Below are positions 1-6,764 of a stretch of 18,917 bases of DNA, in pieces. A model generated the notes under the pieces. The model searched no databases. It was not told the origin of the DNA and saw only the letters and a list, made by a program, of their open reading frames with translations. The stretch comes from a virus. Location: the UHGV virus genome UHGV-0096894; one strand, given 5' to 3'. The position numbers and the translations under genes were made by a program. The first letter of the stretch is position 1; each line of letters opens with the position of its first letter.

Positions 1-357
1 CGCAGCCATCAATGGGACAACAACAGCCTTAACTGCATAGTCCGTTGCGACAATGGTATAAGTTAGTTCTGCCGTCATGGGGTCAAATTTACTTGGTTTC
101 AGCAGAATCGCGATATCGGTGAGAATTTGTTTTACCGGCATAGCAAGTTCTTTGGCACGTAGTGTGGGAACCATACCGTGACTGGTGCGAACAAAGAGAG
201 GATCGCAAAAATAATCACGTAATCGAATAAGCATGCCACTGACAGCGGGCTGCGTCAGGGAGAGTCGCTGTGCAGCCCGAGTCACGCTTCCCTCATCCAT
301 TAACGCATCAAAGGTCTTAAGTAAGTTAAGGTCGAGGGTTTTGATATCATTTTTCAT
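1..357 (-). CDS. LysR-family transcriptional regulator, N-terminal part only (gene continues beyond window start)
   Basis: Reverse complement of 1-357 translates from an ATG (rc of 355-357) as MKNDIKTLDLNLLKTFDALMDEGSVTRAAQRLSLTQPAVSGMLIRLRDYF..., the canonical LysR N-terminal winged-HTH signature. AGGTGA Shine-Dalgarno about 8 nt upstream on the minus strand. No stop codon before the window edge. Not in the ORF track because it is truncated. Confidence 0.85.
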   Translation of the reverse strand, partial: MKNDIKTLDLNLLKTFDALMDEGSVTRAAQRLSLTQPAVSGMLIRLRDYFCDPLFVRTSHGMVPTLRAKELAMPVKQILTDIAILLKPSKFDPMTAELTYTIVATDYAVKAVVVPLMAA

Positions 358-689
358 AATGAAGTCACCTGACAGATATAAAAATGTTGATTGAGGCTAA
401 TTGCCCCGATGAGGATTGTCGAGGGGAGACAGGAGTTTTTTCTTTTGGGTGATCTCCATTGCTGGATAGTTCCCTTTTACAGATAAGTCCGTTCTTCGCA
501 CAAAGCGGACTGGAAGGTTAGCTTGAGTCGGACTTTGCGTATTAAAAGAAGTGCTGGTGGTGACTGGTTCTTGAGTCCCATTTCCCCAGAAAAAAATCAG
601 AGAAACTATACCCAATAGTTGTATTGATTCACTGACGAGACAGCCTCATATTGATCGGGACTGGTGTGCATCCAATACAGGAGGTTGTT

Positions 690-779
690 GTGCTGGTTCT
701 CAAATGTGCGCTGGCTATTGCGGCTGTAATGGCAATTTATTGTCTTGCTGTTGTTCTTATGGATCGCCTTTCTGATTGA
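690..779 (+). CDS. Small hydrophobic ORF (29 aa), candidate membrane peptide
   Basis: Near-consensus SD AGGAGG at 679-684, 5 nt before GTG at 690. Translation VLVLKCALAIAAVMAIYCLAVVLMDRLSD then TGA at 777-779: one hydrophobic helix with a charged tail. Sits divergent from the LysR gene. Coding status rests only on the RBS and composition. Confidence 0.3.
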   Translation: MLVLKCALAIAAVMAIYCLAVVLMDRLSD

Positions 780-990
780 TTTCATATTGGCGAGGTAACG
801 GTAGTTAAGTAGAATGCCTGCGGGTGCTTGAGGCTATCTGCCTCGGGCATGAACACCAAAGGCAGATAGAGAAAAGCCCCAGTTAACATTACGCGTCCTG
901 CAAGACGCTTAACATTAATCTGAGGCCATATCTATGCCATACACACGTAGGTTAGCCTCTTACGCGCCGAAAGGCAAGGAGAAGCAGGCT

Positions 991-1146
991 ATGAAGCAGC
1001 AAAAGGTGATGTTAATCGCCCTGATCGTCATCTGTTTAACCGTCATAGTGACGACACTGGTAACGAGGAAAGACCTCTGCGAGGTACGAATCCGAACCGG
1101 CCAGACGGAGGTCGCTGTCTTCACAGCTTACGAACCTGAGGAGTAA
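991..1146 (+). CDS. hokD: Hok/Gef-family type I toxin (51 aa)
   Basis: ATG at 991 preceded by aaggcaaggagaag RBS. Product MKQQKVMLIALIVICLTVIVTTLVTRKDLCEVRIRTGQTEVAVFTAYEPEE has the Hok layout (N-terminal TM helix, conserved Cys, short polar tail) and closely matches my recollection of E. coli HokD/RelF. The track ORF starts at 934, but that in-frame extension has no RBS and is probably leader. Confidence 0.75.
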   Translation: MKQQKVMLIALIVICLTVIVTTLVTRKDLCEVRIRTGQTEVAVFTAYEPEE

Positions 1147-1215
1147 GAGACCCGGCGAGGGAGAAATCCCCCGCCACCTCTGATGTGGCAGGCATCCTCA
1201 ACGCACCCGCACTTA

Positions 1216-1238
1216 ACCCGCTTCGGCGGTTTTTTTTA
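1216..1238 (+). terminator. Rho-independent terminator after hok
   Basis: GC stem ccgc(1218-1221)/gcgg(1226-1229) closed by a TTCG tetraloop, followed directly by an 8-T run (1230-1237). Confidence 0.6.
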
Positions 1239-1266
1239 TAACCGATAAAAAAATTAACCAAAATGG

Positions 1267-1294
1267 TTTACATAAATTTCCTTTGTGGTAAATT
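1267..1294 (+). promoter_or_regulatory. Candidate sigma70 promoter for the HTH/peptidase operon, with overlapping inverted repeat
   Basis: -35 TTTACA (1267-1272), 16-bp spacer, extended -10 TGgTAAATT (1286-1294), about 85 nt upstream of the HTH start. Inverted repeat AACCA-aaa-TGGTT (1256-1268) overlaps the -35 and could be an autoregulatory operator. Sequence-pattern call only. Confidence 0.35.
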
Positions 1295-1377
1295 AACTCG
1301 CATGTAAGGGGGGTACACTACCGATCATACCCTTAACGAGCGCGCTCAATTACTGACACTAAACTGAGGAATTACCT

Positions 1378-1731
1378 ATGGCACTCACTGAATTCGGTAA
1401 GGCCGTGAGAAAAGCGAGAATTGATACAGGTTATACACTTCTTACCATGGCAAAAGCATTGGGCACCACACCAGCTTTCTTGAGTGGGCTTGAAACCGGA
1501 GCAAAAAAGATTCCAGCAAAATGGGTTACAGCAATAAACGATTTACTTGCTGAGCAAGGGTACAAAATTGAAAACTTGGATTTGTTAGCCAATATTTCAA
1601 ATGAGTCAATTCCTGTTGAAGGTTTACCCTTGCAGCAACAGATGTTGGTTGCAGGATTTGCTAAATCAGAATTCACACATGAAGAATTGAAAAAGTTCGC
1701 TGAGCTTTTAGCGGAAATCAATAAGAAATAA
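1378..1731 (+). CDS. XRE-family helix-turn-helix transcriptional regulator (117 aa)
   Basis: GAGGA RBS 8 nt upstream of ATG at 1378. N-terminal segment GYTLLTMAKALGTTPAFLSGLETG fits the HTH_3/XRE motif (helix, turn, helix ending in ...E.G). Followed 16 nt later by the peptidase gene. Confidence 0.8.
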   Translation: MALTEFGKAVRKARIDTGYTLLTMAKALGTTPAFLSGLETGAKKIPAKWVTAINDLLAEQGYKIENLDLLANISNESIPVEGLPLQQQMLVAGFAKSEFTHEELKKFAELLAEINKK

Positions 1732-1747
1732 TTTTGGGGCCAATTTT

Positions 1748-2230
1748 ATGTATCAAATGCGAGGGACAAGAGTCCAGCCATTAACCGAAATTGACATCAA
1801 AAACAAAGCTATAAATGCCTGTTTTGCTTTGGGATTTACAAGTAAATATAAATACCGTAGGCGTCCGAAGAGATTTGATATTGCTTTAGAAAAGTTGTCA
1901 GAGTGGAATATTGTTTTGGAGCCTATTGATGAGGCTGATTGGCTGGGACTTACTCTTGGCTTAACCATTGGACATTGTGAACCAGAGACATTGACAATAA
2001 GAGTGCCAAATCATATTTATGAAATGGCTTGCGCAGGAGAACGTAGTGCTTTATTTGTTGTTTTTCATGAGTTAGGTCATTTGCTTCTTCAGCATAAACC
2101 AGCACTGCATTTTTCAAATACCCCACCGGAGCAAAACGAAGACTCTGAGTGGCAGGCTGATTTATTTGCAGATGTGATGTTGGAAAAATTAGGATATGAA
2201 ACAGCACAACTTTGCTTCGATTTTTATTAA
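1748..2230 (+). CDS. ImmA/IrrE-type (COG2856-like) zinc metallopeptidase (160 aa)
   Basis: Contains FVVFHELGHLLLQH, i.e. an HEXXH zinc-binding motif in the context typical of ImmA/IrrE peptidases. Immediately downstream of, and co-oriented with, the XRE HTH gene. Confidence 0.75.
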   Translation: MYQMRGTRVQPLTEIDIKNKAINACFALGFTSKYKYRRRPKRFDIALEKLSEWNIVLEPIDEADWLGLTLGLTIGHCEPETLTIRVPNHIYEMACAGERSALFVVFHELGHLLLQHKPALHFSNTPPEQNEDSEWQADLFADVMLEKLGYETAQLCFDFY

Positions 2231-2376
2231 AAAGCCCTGCAATAACAGGGCTTAGATTCGGAAAGCCTAGGAAACTTTCCTGTGTATGATGGAGATCCCC
2301 ACCGCTACACTTAGAATTGACAAAAGCGAGTTTAGCGGTTCTCTCAATAAATTGCAACCTGTATGGGGATACAGGT

Positions 2377-2547
2377 ATGCAGGGAGATGCTGTTGTTATG
2401 GCTATGAAAACTTGTAAGAAATGTGGGAAACCGTGTGAAATTATTTTTCGTTACTCTGCCTGTATCAACGGAGTTATGCGGTATGCGAGAAAAGGGCATC
2501 CTTTTCCGATTCCTGTCTGCGATTGCTCTGAACTTGGTGTCGCATAA
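2377..2547 (+). CDS. Small Cys-rich protein, zinc-ribbon-like (about 56 aa)
   Basis: ATG at 2377 with GGGGA 7 nt upstream. Product MQGDAVVMAMKTCKKCGKPCEIIFRYSACINGVMRYARKGHPFPIPVCDCSELGVA carries CxxC...CxC. The track ORF begins at a TTG (2317). Start and coding status are uncertain. Confidence 0.4.
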   Translation: MQGDAVVMAMKTCKKCGKPCEIIFRYSACINGVMRYARKGHPFPIPVCDCSELGVA

Positions 2548-2553
2548 TGATAG

Positions 2554-2576
2554 AACCCGCTTCGGCGGGTTTTTTG
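2554..2576 (+). terminator. Rho-independent terminator
   Basis: Stem acccgc(2555-2560)/gcgggt(2565-2570) with TTCG tetraloop, then a T-run. Shares the 15-nt core aacccgcttcggcgg with the terminator at 1216-1238. Confidence 0.6.
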
Positions 2577-2758
2577 TTGTTTATTTTTAGTGGGTTTGAT
2601 CTTTTTGATTGCGTCAGCACGGTTGCTTGTAAAGGCATCGCGGGTGTATTGAACAGATAATGGGTCAACATAGAATCAAAAATTCTTAAGTAGCGCGCAG
2701 GGAGAAGAGGGATGGACCCCAAACAGGGGAGTGCTATTTATCTGGAAGGATTCTGTTG

Positions 2759-3016
2759 ATGAAAATCGAAGAATTACGTGAAATTTTTAGTGAAGATGGC
2801 CTCTATACTGTGCGCGTTGAGAATGGCGCTATTGTCAGCCACTGCCGTATTAAATGTTTACAGTCTCAACAAAGGAAGAGTGGAGCTGCGTTAATTCATT
2901 TTGTGGATGGGCTTGTGACGGATGGTTTTATTTTGCGTGCAAATGAATTTGTCACATCGTTGCCGTCTCTGAAAGAAGCTGGGATTAAGGCTGGTTTTTC
3001 TGCTTTTGAAGATTAG
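2759..3016 (+). CDS. Hypothetical small protein (85 aa), possibly Rem-like
   Basis: GGAAGGA RBS 8 nt before ATG at 2759 (the track starts at the adjacent TTG 2756). Product MKIEELREIFSEDGLYTVRVENGAIVSHCRIK... has no motif I recognise. The Rem-like label is only by position relative to the hok and DUF968 genes, as in the Qin prophage. Confidence 0.5.
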   Translation: MKIEELREIFSEDGLYTVRVENGAIVSHCRIKCLQSQQRKSGAALIHFVDGLVTDGFILRANEFVTSLPSLKEAGIKAGFSAFED

Positions 3017-3085
3017 TGAATTCATCTACAATTCAGCGCAGGGCTGAACCCCTGTTGAGTAACACTGTGCCACCGGAGAAAGCCG

Positions 3086-3364
3086 ATGGCGCAAAATTCC
3101 AGACTACACAATTCTGATAATTCAGCCGTCTTTGTCAGCAGGCACGGGCGGCGTTCTCACACATTCAAATATGACTGGTACCAGCATGACCCCTGCACTG
3201 AAGAACAGGCCGAATGGCTGATTCAGAACTACCGCAGACGTGGGTATGTGTTTAGGAAAGCCCTCACCCTCGATTATCGTCTCTGGATAATCTCCGTCAG
3301 GCTCCCTTATTCCGAACGCCCGCCGCGTCCGTCCCGCACATTCCAGCAACGCATCTGGAGGTAA
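3086..3364 (+). CDS. Hypothetical protein (92 aa), basic and Arg-rich
   Basis: GGAGA RBS 7 nt upstream of ATG at 3086. Stop TAA at 3362-3364 lies 1 nt before the next gene start, suggesting translational coupling. Confidence 0.45.
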   Translation: MAQNSRLHNSDNSAVFVSRHGRRSHTFKYDWYQHDPCTEEQAEWLIQNYRRRGYVFRKALTLDYRLWIISVRLPYSERPPRPSRTFQQRIWR

Positions 3365-3365
3365 C

Positions 3366-4421
3366 GTGCGGGTATTGCTTCGACCTGTTCCTGTACCGGA
3401 ACTTGGGCTGGTGGTCCTTAAGCCTGGCCGTGAATCCATGCAGGTATTTCATAACCCTCGAGTGCTGGTAGAGCCGGAACCGAAAAGCATGCGCGGCCTG
3501 CCGTCCGGGATTGTTCCTGCCGTTCGCCAGCCACTGATGGAAGATAAATCATTACTGCCATTTTTCAGCGACGAACGGGTGATTCGCGCTGCCGGCGGTG
3601 CTGGTTCACTGTCTGACTGGCTCCTGCGTCATGTTAAATCCTGCCAGTGGCCTCATGGTGACTATCATCACAGTGAAATCGTCATACATCGTTACTGTAC
3701 CGGCGCGATGGTGTTGTGCTGGCACTGCGACAACCAGCTGCGTGACCAGACATCAGAATCACTTGAACAACTTGCTCATCAAAACCTGGCAGCATGGATG
3801 ATTGACGTCATCCGTCACGCAATGAATGGCACGCAGGAGCGGGAATTATCGCTGGCTGAATTGTACTGCTGGGCTGCTGTAAATGATGTAGTGGATGCCA
3901 TGACCGAAAATATGGCGCGTCGAATCCTGAAGCTTCCGGGTGAAAAAATCTGCTCAGTATACCGCGAGAGCGACATCATACCGGGAGAGCAGACAGCCAT
4001 CAGCATACTGAAGCAGCGCACAAAAAATCTTGCGCCGCTGCCTCACGCCCACCAGCAAAACCCGCCACAGGAAAAGACGGTGGTCAGCATTGCCGTTGAT
4101 CCGGAGTCACCGGCTCAGTATCTCCAGCGCCAGAAACCACAACGGGAAGATATGCCTGTATACACGCGCTGGGTAAAAACGCAGAAATGCATGACGTGCG
4201 GTAATCAGGCAGATGATCCGCATCACATCATTGGTCATGGGCTGGGAGGGATGGGAACAAAGGCTGATGATTTGTTTGTTATTCCGCTGTGCCGTAAATG
4301 TCATAACGAACTGCACGCCGGGGTAAAAGATTTTGAAGAAAAACACGGCAGCCAGCTGTTGTTGCTGATTCGTTTTTTAATGCACGCGAGAAATTCGGGT
4401 GTCCTGAAGTGGAAAGCATGA
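3366..4421 (+). CDS. DUF968-like lambdoid prophage protein with Cys/His-rich (HNH-like) C-terminal region
   Basis: GTG start at 3366 with GGAGG 5 nt upstream. The C-terminus CMTCGNQADDPHHIIGHGLGGMGTKADDLFVIPLCRKCHNELH has the paired Cys plus His pattern I associate with the DUF968/YdfU family of nin-region proteins. Stop abuts the rusA start. Confidence 0.65.
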   Translation: MRVLLRPVPVPELGLVVLKPGRESMQVFHNPRVLVEPEPKSMRGLPSGIVPAVRQPLMEDKSLLPFFSDERVIRAAGGAGSLSDWLLRHVKSCQWPHGDYHHSEIVIHRYCTGAMVLCWHCDNQLRDQTSESLEQLAHQNLAAWMIDVIRHAMNGTQERELSLAELYCWAAVNDVVDAMTENMARRILKLPGEKICSVYRESDIIPGEQTAISILKQRTKNLAPLPHAHQQNPPQEKTVVSIAVDPESPAQYLQRQKPQREDMPVYTRWVKTQKCMTCGNQADDPHHIIGHGLGGMGTKADDLFVIPLCRKCHNELHAGVKDFEEKHGSQLLLLIRFLMHARNSGVLKWKA

Positions 4422-4799
4422 ATGACTGAACGCATAGAATTTGTTTTGCCTTACCCGCCGACGGTGAATACTTACTGGCGACGTCATGGCAATACGTATT
4501 TCATCTCGGAGGCCGGAAAGCGTTATCGCCGTGATGTGGCGCTAATTGTTCGCCAGCAGCGGCTGAAATTAAACCTGTCCGGAAGGCTGGCGATAAAGAT
4601 TATTGCAGAGCCACCGGATAAGCGCCGTCGTGACCTGGACAATATCCTGAAAGCACCACTGGATGCGCTGACGCATGCCGGACTTCTCATAGACGACGAT
4701 CAGTTTGATGAAATCAATATTGTGCGTGGTCTGCCTGTTTGCGGTGGGCGACTGGGTGTGAATATATTCGTAATAAGAGGATGTAATGATGTTGCGTGA
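4422..4799 (+). CDS. rusA: RusA-family Holliday junction resolvase
   Basis: Product [40 protein letters not shown]...[30 protein letters not shown]...GGRLGVNIF carries the RusA landmarks (PP..N.Y, RRRDLDN, DALT.AG, DD.Q, GGRL). ATG immediately follows the upstream stop. Confidence 0.85.
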   Translation: MTERIEFVLPYPPTVNTYWRRHGNTYFISEAGKRYRRDVALIVRQQRLKLNLSGRLAIKIIAEPPDKRRRDLDNILKAPLDALTHAGLLIDDDQFDEINIVRGLPVCGGRLGVNIFVIRGCNDVA

Positions 4800-5160
4800 T
4801 ATTCAGCTGGTTATGGAGCGGTGGGGAGCATGGGCAGCAAATAATCATGAAGATGTAACATGGCCCTCGATAGCTGCTGGTTTTAAAGGATTAATCCCGG
4901 CTAAAGTGAAATCACGTCCTCAGTGTTCTGATGATGACGCCATGATAATTTGTGGCTGTATGGCACGATTAAACAAGAATAATCAGTATTTGCACGATTT
5001 GTTGGTGGATTATTACGTAGGTGGAATGACATTTATGGCTCTTGCACGTAAGCATAGATGTTCTGATGGGCTTATTGGTAAAAGACTTTATAAAGCGGAA
5101 GGTATTATTGAAGGAATGCTTATGGCTCTGAATGTCAGGTTAGATATGGATATGCGGTAG
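4786..5160 (+). CDS. Late-gene antiterminator Q (Q21/QuuD-like family)
   Basis: Product [36 protein letters not shown]...[14 protein letters not shown]... matches my recollection of the small phage-21/DLP12 QuuD-type Q proteins. AGAGGA RBS upstream. The position (after rusA, before late genes) fits. Confidence 0.65.
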   Translation: MMLRDIQLVMERWGAWAANNHEDVTWPSIAAGFKGLIPAKVKSRPQCSDDDAMIICGCMARLNKNNQYLHDLLVDYYVGGMTFMALARKHRCSDGLIGKRLYKAEGIIEGMLMALNVRLDMDMR

Positions 5161-5250
5161 GGATATAGTGACAAGGGTTATGTTTTTTGTGTTTATAATC
5201 AACGTGTTTATTTTTTGTGATCGTGAATTTTATTGAAGGTAAACAAAATG

Positions 5251-5279
5251 TTGCCAGGTGAATTGAAAATATTGATAAT
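5251..5279 (+). promoter_or_regulatory. Candidate sigma70 promoter (possible pR'-type late promoter)
   Basis: -35 TTGCCA (5251-5256), exactly 17-bp spacer, -10 GATAAT (5274-5279), in the Q-to-next-gene intergenic region where lambdoid pR'/qut elements lie. No hairpin terminator seen between here and the downstream gene. Confidence 0.35.
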
Positions 5280-5310
5280 CAATATTCATCATTAAATGAA
5301 AGGAGTGTTT

Positions 5311-6129
5311 ATGTGGATTGTGTTAGCACTGTCACTGTCAACTCTCAGTTGGCATAAGGTAGTGGCTTTTTCATTGTTGACGGTGTCTGCTGTCCTGGCT
5401 GTACTTAATGATATTATTGATTGGCCGGTGTTGTTTTTTGTTGCTACAATCGTCTTTTTTATTATTTTGAAGTTCAACTGGAAATATAACGCTTGGGCTA
5501 AATCCATATATGAAGCTGGCATAGTTTTATCAGCCATAGCATTATCTTTCCATTTATGGCCAGGGTTTCACAATCCTGTAGTGCTAAAGTCTGTTACTGT
5601 CGGACCTCAAAGCACTCCCTATACAATGTATTTTAATTTTGATAAAGCGCTGGTGCCATTTTTGTTAGTCCTGTGTACAGCTTCTTTGTTTAAAAAAGAA
5701 GTGAAATCAGAAGTGTCTTTGTGGAAATGGGGGGCTCTGTTGCTCTCTGTTCCTCTTATCCTGTTTTTGGCTGTTTTTTTTGGTGGGTTAAAGCCAGAGA
5801 TTCATTTTCCTGAGTGGTTGCCAGAGTTTATATTGGCTAATTTGTTTTTTGTGTCTCTGGCAGAGGAATCATTATTTAGAGGGTATATTCAATCACGGCT
5901 ATCAGAAGTAACGTCTCCATTGATTGCGTTAATTGTGGCGTCTTTGTTGTTTGGTCTTTTTCACTATTCAGGTGGTGCTTTACTTGTATTATTTGCCACG
6001 TTATCTGGTGTTGTGTATGGATTGTCATGGATGTGGAGTGGGCGCTTGTGGGTGGCAACCCTTTTCCATTTTGGTCTGAATCTGTGTCACTTGTTATTCT
6101 TTACCTATCCATTCTTAAAACATAATTGA
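5311..6129 (+). CDS. CPBP-family (Abi/CAAX-protease-like) intramembrane metalloprotease
   Basis: AAGGAG RBS 6 nt before ATG at 5311 (the track starts at 5296). Polytopic hydrophobic protein with all three CPBP motifs: EESLFR (EExxxR), FGLFH (FxxxH) and HFGLN (HxxxN). Confidence 0.8.
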   Translation: MWIVLALSLSTLSWHKVVAFSLLTVSAVLAVLNDIIDWPVLFFVATIVFFIILKFNWKYNAWAKSIYEAGIVLSAIALSFHLWPGFHNPVVLKSVTVGPQSTPYTMYFNFDKALVPFLLVLCTASLFKKEVKSEVSLWKWGALLLSVPLILFLAVFFGGLKPEIHFPEWLPEFILANLFFVSLAEESLFRGYIQSRLSEVTSPLIALIVASLLFGLFHYSGGALLVLFATLSGVVYGLSWMWSGRLWVATLFHFGLNLCHLLFFTYPFLKHN

Positions 6130-6210
6130 TTTTTTTCTATGGTTTTAAATTTATAACACTGAAAAATAGCAGGATGTGACATTTGCATGAGAAATATGCA
6201 CGGCAAAGCA

Positions 6211-6224
6211 TTTACGTACGTAAA
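6211..6224. promoter_or_regulatory. Perfect 14-bp palindrome TTTACGTACGTAAA, candidate operator
   Basis: Exact reverse-complement symmetry at 6211-6224, flanked by AAGCAT/ATGCTT arms, in the untranslated region downstream of the CPBP gene and about 200 bp upstream of the small winged-helix ORF. Confidence 0.3.
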
Positions 6225-6270
6225 AAATCATGTATGCTTTTAAGAGTGGTTATTTCACCGCATAGCCTGA

Positions 6271-6293
6271 ACCCGCCTCTGAGCGGGTTTTTT
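6271..6293 (+). terminator. Rho-independent terminator
   Basis: Stem acccgc(6271-6276)/gcgggt(6283-6288), loop ctctga, then a 6-T run. Confidence 0.6.
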
Positions 6294-6417
6294 GTGCCCG
6301 CAAAGTAGCGCAGTGCGTTAAATGTGCTAGTGGTTATTAATACTGGTCTTTCTGCTTGCTGGCTTTTTCGACAAGAGGTATTGGTATGTCACGTTAACCA
6401 GAAAAGGGAAAAAGACA

Positions 6418-6614
6418 TGCTAAAACAGCAAGATATGACCGAAACCGCCAGAGTGGTGTTTAATGAATTAAGCGTCACCGAACCGGCGACCGTCGGGGAG
6501 ATTGCGCAGAATACTTACCTTTCACGCGAGCGCTGCCAGTTAATACTGACCCAGCTTGTTATGGCGGGCCTGGTAGATTATCAGTTCGGTTGTTACAGAC
6601 GCCTTCCGCAGTGA
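6418..6614 (+). CDS. Small winged-helix DNA-binding protein (65 aa), PapI/FaeA-like
   Basis: ATG at 6418 with AAGGGA upstream. ATVGEIAQNTYLSRERCQLILTQLVMAGLV resembles the recognition-helix region of small PapI/FaeA-type regulators. The track ORF starts earlier at 6324 without an RBS. Confidence 0.5.
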
Positions 6615-6764
6615 AGGCTTTTTTATTTGTGGTAATGGGCGGCTGGTGGGTGTTAGCGGCACCTGCCAGCCATCTGCTCATGCGTTGGGGTCACAAGCAA
6701 ACCTCAGGCCCATCTGCTTTGCGCAAAAGCGGAATGAGCCTATCAGAGAAGTGCTTATTGATCT

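Noticed and set aside
934-990. N-terminal extension of the hok ORF (MPYTRRLASYAPKGKEKQA)
   Set aside because: Hok-family toxins are about 50 aa; the internal ATG at 991 has a proper RBS and the upstream ATG does not. The extension is more likely leader RNA.
1431-1721. 96-aa minus-strand ORF
   Set aside because: Entirely antisense within the XRE-HTH gene, which has a strong RBS and a recognisable HTH motif.
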